From NCBI GenBank assembly GCA_012295275.1, contig CM022665.1, forward strand, positions 39,184,001 through 39,248,000: 64,000 nt of DNA, read 5' to 3'. A model generated the notes under the pieces. It did no database searches. It saw only the letters and a list, made by a program, of their open reading frames with translations, and had not been told where the DNA came from. The stretch comes from Chrysomallon squamiferum. Its lineage: Eukaryota > Animalia > Mollusca. The translations under genes and the position numbers were made by a program. Shown piece after piece: positions 1 through 64,000 of this stretch. The number at the start of each line of letters is the position of its first letter. Position 1 is the stretch's first letter.

Positions 1-633
1 GTGACTGGTCATTTATTGAAAAATTCTTATCAATATTGTTATTACTATTATTATTAAGTTTATTATTATTATTATTATTTATTACCATTATTAAATTTAT
101 TATCATTTTCATTATCATCATCATTATTATCCTTATTTAATTAATTTATTTTTATTATTAAGTTTATTATTATTAAAATTCTTCATTAACAATGTTACAA
201 CTAACATCATTATTATTATTAATCTGTTATTAATATTATTATATTATTGCTGTGGGTTTTTTTGTTGTTTTTTTTGTTTTTTGTTTATGTTATTATTTCA
301 TTATAAATAAAAATATAAAATAAAAAAAAGATTTATATTTCAAACAAAAATGAAATTATATACTTTTATATTATAATTGAAAATGAAAGATATAAATAAA
401 GATTTATAATGGAAAATTTAAAAAAAAAAAAAAAAAACTTAATGAAATTGAAAATAAATGGAATTTTTGATTTAAAGTGTAATTTAAACTTTACATTTAC
501 AAAAATCTGTAATTAAAAAAAAAAAAATTATTAATTACATATTTTAAAAAATAAACCTTAAATTATTACAAAAGAAAATTAAAAAAAAGTAAAAAAGTGT
601 ATGTTATAAATAAAATTTCAAAACAGTATTTAC

Positions 634-56251
<55,618 letters not shown>

Positions 56252-56320
56252 CTGTAAAATATATTAAACATGTTATATATTAAACATATATATAGCTTTC
56301 CTTCTGTATGTATGTATGTT

Positions 56321-56402
<82 letters not shown>

Positions 56403-59400
56403 AAACAATAATTGTACATTCAATTATATAAGTGATTTATTTTTAATGTTTGAAGAATTTAATTTTACTCATTTGATATTGTATTATATTTAAATTCAAT
56501 TGTGTTCATAGCTCAAATATCTCTACATGGTAGTTTTAAATCAAAAATATGAATCAGAGGTACATAGCAACAGCAATAATGATAATGATAATAACAACCA
56601 CAACAACACCAACATTAATAATAATAACAGTAATAATATTAATACTAATAACATTACTACTAGTACAACTAGTGATCATAATAGTAATAATAATAATGAT
56701 GATGATGATGATGATGATGATAATTTTTATAATATCATTTTATTATTATTTGGTATTTTAAATCCACATATAATGGAGAAGTGACTGGAACTGGACATGG
56801 GCTATTTGGGTACAACTTTGAGTATAGATCTTTCAGCCTTTCAACAAGTAACCATAAAACTAGATATTTCTTACTACACTATATGTTCCTTTAAAAAGCA
56901 AAAAAAAAAAATAATAATAATAATAATAAAAAATAATACAAAAAAAAGAAGTACAAAATAAAAGAAGAAGAAAAAGAAACAACAACTAAAAACCCCAAAG
57001 AAACAGTGCAAGAAAATAATAAGGATTTTTGATATTGTCAGTGTTATATAAAGTTACTCAAAAAAAAACAAGCAATTAATCACTGTCTAATTTTAATATA
57101 CATTTACAGTGTAAATATCACAGGTAAATTTGACCTGTGTTATGTAACAGATGAAATTGACACAACACATATATAACTGTTGATTGAAAGTTGATATTAT
57201 GGTGTAAACAGATTTTTTCGTTTTTATTTCTTTCTTTCATTCACCTTTTTTTTTTAAATTTCTTTATTTCTTTATTATTATTATTATTATTATTATTATT
57301 TTAATTATCATTTATTTATTTATTTATTTATTTATTTATATATTTTAGTTATAATTATATTACATTTTCAGTTTTTCATATTTATTTTTTTGGTTTTTTA
57401 TTCCTTTTTTATTTTTTGTTTGTTTTTTGTATTTATTGATTAACTGATTTAATGATATTGTTTTATGTATTTATTTGTTTCATTGAAATGTTTATTTATT
57501 GTTTTACTTATTTATTACTGTTATTGTAATTAGTATTATTGCTATTATATTTATTATTATTGACACTGTTACTGCAATTTTGTTCTGGTTATTGTTACTC
57601 TTCTTATCATTATTACTGTTACTATTAACAAAGCTTTGAAATAGTTTTCTTGAACTCTCTGTTTGTGCTTCTGTGTATATGTGTTTTATAAATGAGAATT
57701 TGTGACTCTAAAATTATGTGTGTGTGTGTATGTATGTGTGTGTGTGTGTGTGTGTGTTAAAACAGTTCATTCACATTTGTAATAAATCTTTGCATACAAC
57801 TCCAGAGTTAACAAAACTAATAACGACATTAATGTGTGGAAAACAGAAAATAAATACACAACCATAACCATCAACACAATCATAAAATTGCCTTTATTGG
57901 TGATTTCTGGGGAAAACAAGCTAGTATCTTCATGGCAATCAATAAACAAACATAGCAAAAAGAATTTAATTTTACAAAGTGTATGTAATTTTGTCTCAGA
58001 TTCTTGGATATAATGCACAGTCATGTGGGAAATATTACATAAGAGAAATAAAACAATATACAGTGCTGATAGGTTGGAATGTAAAATACTGGATATTTGA
58101 AGATATTAGTCAGGGTAAAATTGCTTAGGATCTTAATATGGGAGGATAACATTACATTAGAAAATTCGGGGGTAGTTTTAAGGGACGTAATGTGCTTTTG
58201 ATCATTCATTTGGATTGTTTGTTTATTTATTTATTTTCATAAATATTTCTTCATTTCTTTAGTTTTTCATTCATTTTTCTGTCATTACTTTCTTTTTCTT
58301 TCATTTTCTATTTTCCTTTCTAAAAATTTTCTTTTTCCTTTTCTTGAGATTCCTTCTTTCTTTCTTTCCTTTCCTTTCTTTCCTTCCTTCCTTCCTTCAT
58401 TCTTTGGTTTATTTATCTTTTTTCTTTCTTTCTTTTTTTATTTCCTTTATCTTTCTTTCCTTTTTTTCTTTTATATTTTATTATCTCTTTGTTTTTGTTT
58501 TTTCTTTCTCTGCTTCATAAAAGCAATAATTAATCTGACTATAAATTCAGTATCTCATGATTAGGTATTACACTGAACTGTTACAAAATACATTAAAGCG
58601 AATCTCTCAAGGAAATACATCATTTTTATGTTCTGGCATTATTGCTAGGCTCATATTTTCCTGTCAATATTTACCATATTTAAAAATGTATAAACATCTC
58701 AGATGAAAATATTTTGATTTTCAATTTTCTCGCTCATCATGATGGCAATATTTTTATAAAATGTTTAGATAATAAAAAAAAATAATAAATAATTAATTTA
58801 TATTTAATATATCAATATATTATTTAAAACATAATTTTAAATAAGAAACTAAAAAACAAAACAAAAAAAACATAAAAAAATTAAATAAAGAAAAAAGATA
58901 AAAGAAAGAAGAGAGAAAAAACTGAAGGAAGAAAATGGAGGAAAGAAAACAAATAAAAAAGTATAACAAAAAATAAATAATAAAATAAAATATAAAGATA
59001 ATATAAATAAATAATCAAACAAACAAACAAATGAATAAACAAACAAACAAATAAGTAAATAAAATGTAATAAGGAAAAGAAATGAAAGAATAAAACTGAC
59101 TGTAATACAAAACAAAAGCTACTTAAAAAAAAATAAAATAAAATAAAATAAAATGCAACAGTTTGGAAAGAAATTATTATTAGGAGTAAAAAAAAAAATA
59201 AAATAAAATAAAAAAAAAAAATTAAACAAATAAAACAAACAAAATAAATTAATTAATAAATAATGTAAAAAAAGAAAATAAATAAACAAGCAGACAACAT
59301 TAAAAAAAAAAAATCATATGTTTCAAATCTGTACTATCATAGCTTAAAAACACATTCAACACAAACATAATAATACCAAAATTTAATAAACTGGAATCAA

Positions 59401-62288
59401 AATATAAAAAAAAATAACAAAAGAAAAATTAAAATCTGGATATAAACAGGGGCAAATCTACTGAAATTGCACCCCTGTTCCAACATGTGACAGCCATGTG
59501 TGTATATAGTTAAGTATGTATGTATGTGTACTCATTTGCCCACACTCCAAAGGTAGATGACATGATTTCATGAATACTGTCTATGAGCAGAGTTTTATCA
59601 GATGTACATAAGACAGAGAATATTCAAATCCTAAACTACATACATACACACACACCCACATACATACATACATACACATGTACACACATAAATATAGTCC
59701 CATACATATTTATATTTAAATAGGAAAACAAATACCAGACTGATTAATTTAAGAGATTTTTAAAACAGACATTTGAAGCTATTCAAATTATGCTCAAGGC
59801 CATGTAGTCCACTCACATTTCTTCTCAATATGACTTGAAGTTACAATTAATTGTCTGCATACATTCTGACGTGAAATTCTGTAGCTATATTTAACATTTG
59901 CAAAGGTATTTTAAAAGCTGTTTTTTTATGTCTTCTTCAGTTTATAGAAAATATCAGCGATTTTTCATGTTTTTAAATCTTATTTGTGACATCAGACTAT
60001 TGTCAGATGTATTACTTTTAGTCAAACAATTTTAGTAAGGATTGTGTCTAAAAGTAATATTTTGAAATCTATTTTACACACACACACACAACACACACAC
60101 ACACATATACATATATACATATATATACATACATATATGCATACATGCATGCATACAGAGATACATATATCTAGATAGATAGATAGATAGATAGATAGAC
60201 TGATAGATAGATAGACAGATAGATAGATAGATATACATAAATGTAGATATATATTATTTATTTTTCACTTGATAGCTTACTTGAAGTGTCACTGAACTAC
60301 ATTTACAAATAAATACAAAACTAGGTGAAACCAGCATAACCAACATCTTTACATTATACAAACAAATTCAGTGACTTAAATACACTGGCAAAATATTTAT
60401 TATTATGTAACTGGCTACCTGTAACTGAAGTAAAGAAGGTGTTCAGGTGAAAAAAGCAGATAAGCTGAACACTGACATCTCATACATAAACATTTTTAAT
60501 GTATTACAGATACCAAACAAAGACCCTTTTTGTATTTAATATTCTTTCTTTCTGTGTCTCTCACTCACTCTTTGTATCTCTCTCTTTCTTTCTGTCTGTT
60601 CCTCACTGCCTCACTCTCTTTTACTCTTTTTTTTTTCCACTGTCTCTCTGACTTTGTTTCCTTTGTGTGCACACACATGCACATGCACACACATGCATGT
60701 TTGGATTTAGTTAGGACAAAACTGTCAGACCAAACTCCATCAAATCAAAACCCCACCATGGAAAGAAATCCACTCACTAATATGAATTCTTGAGATTTTT
60801 TCAGAGCACAAAACAATATTTTGTAATTCTTGTTCAGTTAAGTCTATATGTTATGCTGTTCACTGATTAATTAATGAACCTCTTTCTGTTTGATCATCAC
60901 TGCAAAAGGATTATCTGAACTTAGTGATCAAGAAACTGAGGAGACCGTTAAATATAATCTAAGAAACAAAGACATCGAAGAAAGCAGGAACTGAGGATAT
61001 CTTAAAGCCAATTTCACTTAGGCATAAGACAAATTCTACATCAATTGGGATGTTATTCATTCCCTGAAAACCATTGAGATTGCTAGAAATTATCAGTGAG
61101 ATTATCAAGAACAATGCTCCAGCACGACTGCATTTTAGTTGTAATATTCTTTTAACCAATTAGTCATAAACCATCCTAACATGAATAAAAAAAACTAAAT
61201 TAAATCTCAGTTAGATTTTAGTTACAATATGTGAGTGGGTTTTGTCCACTGTGGTGTTTTGTCTGTGTGAGGTTACATCTGAGTGGGTTTTTGTTTCCAG
61301 GGGGTTTATGTCTATTTACTATATCTGTGTATATAGGTGTGTATGTGTGTAGGTGTGTGTGTTTGTGTGTGTGTGTGTCAAATTATTTTTCTGGTGTTTT
61401 ATGGTTGTGTTTTTTTTTTTTTTTCAAATATCATAATATCATAATTATGGTTTGGTACTGTTTCTCTTGCTTCTGAGAATGATAGTCTGTTTTTGTTATC
61501 ATTCTAGTTATTGTTTTTAGCCATTCTTTAGTTATTATTTGTTCTTAATGTTTTTCCTAATGTTAATGTTATTGTTGTTGTTGTTGAAGTTATTATTATT
61601 TATTATTATTTCACAAAAGATTTTGTGTAAAGATTTTGAAGCACAATACAACAATGTCCAACACTTTTTTATGCTTTCCACACAACATTTAAAAAAAATA
61701 TTCCATTAATATTATCATTATCATCATCATCTTCATACCATAATTATCATTATCATCTTCTTTACCATCTTTACCTTCAAAATCATTATCATCATCCATC
61801 ATCATTTTAAAATCATCATCTATCATTTTCAATCATTATCATCATTATCATCATCATCACTATTCTCACCATCATTAACATTACCATTATCACAATCACC
61901 CTGATAATAAAAAATTATGTAGACATTAACGTTAAACTGGAACATTTGACATAGACATAAATTTCCCAAGACAGATTAGTTTTATTCTGTAAAATCTATG
62001 ACTTTGTTTACATTAATTCCTATACTCTGTTACCATATTAAAGCCTGTAATCAAATAACCTGAGACTTTGTGTTTAATTTACTGTTTTAATGTACGTGAC
62101 AAAGGATTAACTTATTTCTGCAGTAACAATTACATTATTTGAATATTCCCCAATCCAAACATATTATTTAGCTATATCAAATCAAGTGTGTGCAACTCCC
62201 AGTGGGTATAACACTTCCATTCTGGTTTAATGCATGATGGGAATATCTTTCATAGTTAACATTTTAAATAATAATAACACACACATAC

Positions 62289-62325
<37 letters not shown>

Positions 62326-64000
62326 ACATGTCATATATAACAGAAATATTTTATAATTATGAGAGATATAAATCTCACTGACAGTGGTGGTTCAATGATT
62401 TCAGAAATGATGGGGTATCATTTTTAGTGGATATAATTTTGAAAATGAAAATGATTTTCATTACAAAGAAAAAGCTGGTATGGTTGAGGAGCATATATGT
62501 ATATGTATATATTGATGTTGATAAAATTATGACAATAAAACAGTGTATAAGGAAGCTGACATTACACTTTTTGTAATTTATTGGGATATCATATTGCATA
62601 ATTATACAAAGACAAAAATAATCCCAGAGGGACTGAGTAAATTATTGCAAGACTACCTTATCTCATCACTGTAAGAATATTTCTTTTAAATAACTATGAG
62701 AAAAACTATAAGCCTCCAAGCATCCTTTCAGTCAAGCTATTTTATTGTTGTACTTTATTATTGGCAAAGATTGGTCTACTCTCCAAATAAACCAATCACT
62801 TGAAGGAATACAAAATGGATTCAGGCTATTTGTTCATGCCACCAAAAATAAATTTTAATGAAATTTGAAAAATAAGGATTGGCTTTGTTATGAAATGGAA
62901 GCCTTTGTAGCATAAAAATCTATTTTTATTTTAACATCCTGTGTCTAAAAAAGTTTTCTGGGTGACATTGACCTTTTTTTTTTTTTTTCTTCAAATCAGC
63001 TTTTGGTGTGTATGCTGTTAAGAAACTGTGATAAGTTCATTCCTATACATCAACTGGTACACTCTAGATGATATATTTATCATACTGGATACAGGTATTG
63101 CTCAGAAATAAAAAGTCAAAATGTTTAGAATGCAATTAAATTGAGATGTTTAAAGTAGCTGTGGACCAAACTAGCTGTTAAGTAGCTGTGTTAAATTAAC
63201 TGGGACAGCTTAAGTAAATGCTTAACATAAAGCTACAAAAACATTAATTAACATTCTTTAACTGGTTAACTTATAAACATTTCCTGTATCTTCAAACAGG
63301 AGATCTTCCAGCCATGTGATTCTGGTAGACTATAATGCAGTGGTTGAACAACAGTAATTTTTATGCAAGAAACTGATATTTAGCTTTATTGCAGGACCCA
63401 GCAGTGAAAATAAAAATAAAAATAGGCTTTATTACAGTGATCTGCACTAGTGAAAACCAGTACCAGTTAGTTACATACACAAAAAAAAAAAATCAGTATC
63501 TGGGAATCAGAATATTAGAGATAAAGGATTCAGATCTTTCCAGGGTCATTATGTTCTGAGAAAATGAAAAAGAAAGATGATGAATATTCTCTAACTTTCC
63601 AACAGGCTACAGAATTGTTAAACAATTGACTGTTTTTTAATTTGTTAACTCAACATTTTAATAATAACCAGTTATAAAAAATAAAAATAAAAAAAAAAAA
63701 AAATAGAGCAAGTTTACAACTTGGCTTTTTCTGAATATTTTATATAACAAATGTATAACTTACTAATGGCATTCAAATCTATAAAACAGATACATTCAAG
63801 AATCTTTAAATTCCTCAAAATGCCAATAGTAGCACGTAATTTATCATCTCCAAATCAATTACCCGTTTCCTCGCACAAACAACCAGATCAGCTTGAGGGT
63901 TTTAACTGAAGAATTGATGCACATATATCTGACTCAGACGGAAGGGACCTATCCATTGCTCTGATTTATCAGAAACAACCTTCTCACATAACTATCCTTA

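Noticed and set aside
63863-64000. Possible upstream MAM1 exon ending at gg|gtaatt
   Set aside because: The required phase-1 frame has a TGA nine codons upstream and no MAM CxF..CxW motif.

Overview
This is very AT-rich, microsatellite-dense animal genomic DNA. It is probably a mollusc (gastropod-like SINE copies; inference). The whole window lies inside one minus-strand, intron-rich gene, an ALK/LTK-family receptor tyrosine kinase. I traced 14 phase-compatible coding exons by hand (56251 down to 634). They encode the C-terminal part of MAM1, LDLa, MAM2, the TNF-like/glycine-rich (ALK/LTK GRD) module and the EGF-like domain. The N-terminus and the transmembrane/kinase exons fall outside the window. 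The most interesting signal is in the 24.6-kb intron between MAM2 and the GRD. It holds (a) an in-phase Ser-rich exon running to a stop codon 768 bp after the last MAM2 exon, and (b) a candidate internal first exon with its own ATG, a signal-peptide-like ORF and a phase-matched GTAAG donor. Together they suggest the locus can be split into a secreted MAM-LDLa-MAM protein and an LTK-like, MAM-less receptor; this needs RNA evidence. Also present: an apparent GA splice donor, extra cysteines in LDLa and MAM2, a 5.3-kb 27-bp satellite, several minisatellites, SINE and MITE remnants, a perfect 68-bp palindrome and an inverted 50-bp insertion. Almost all ORFs in the supplied track are repeat artefacts.
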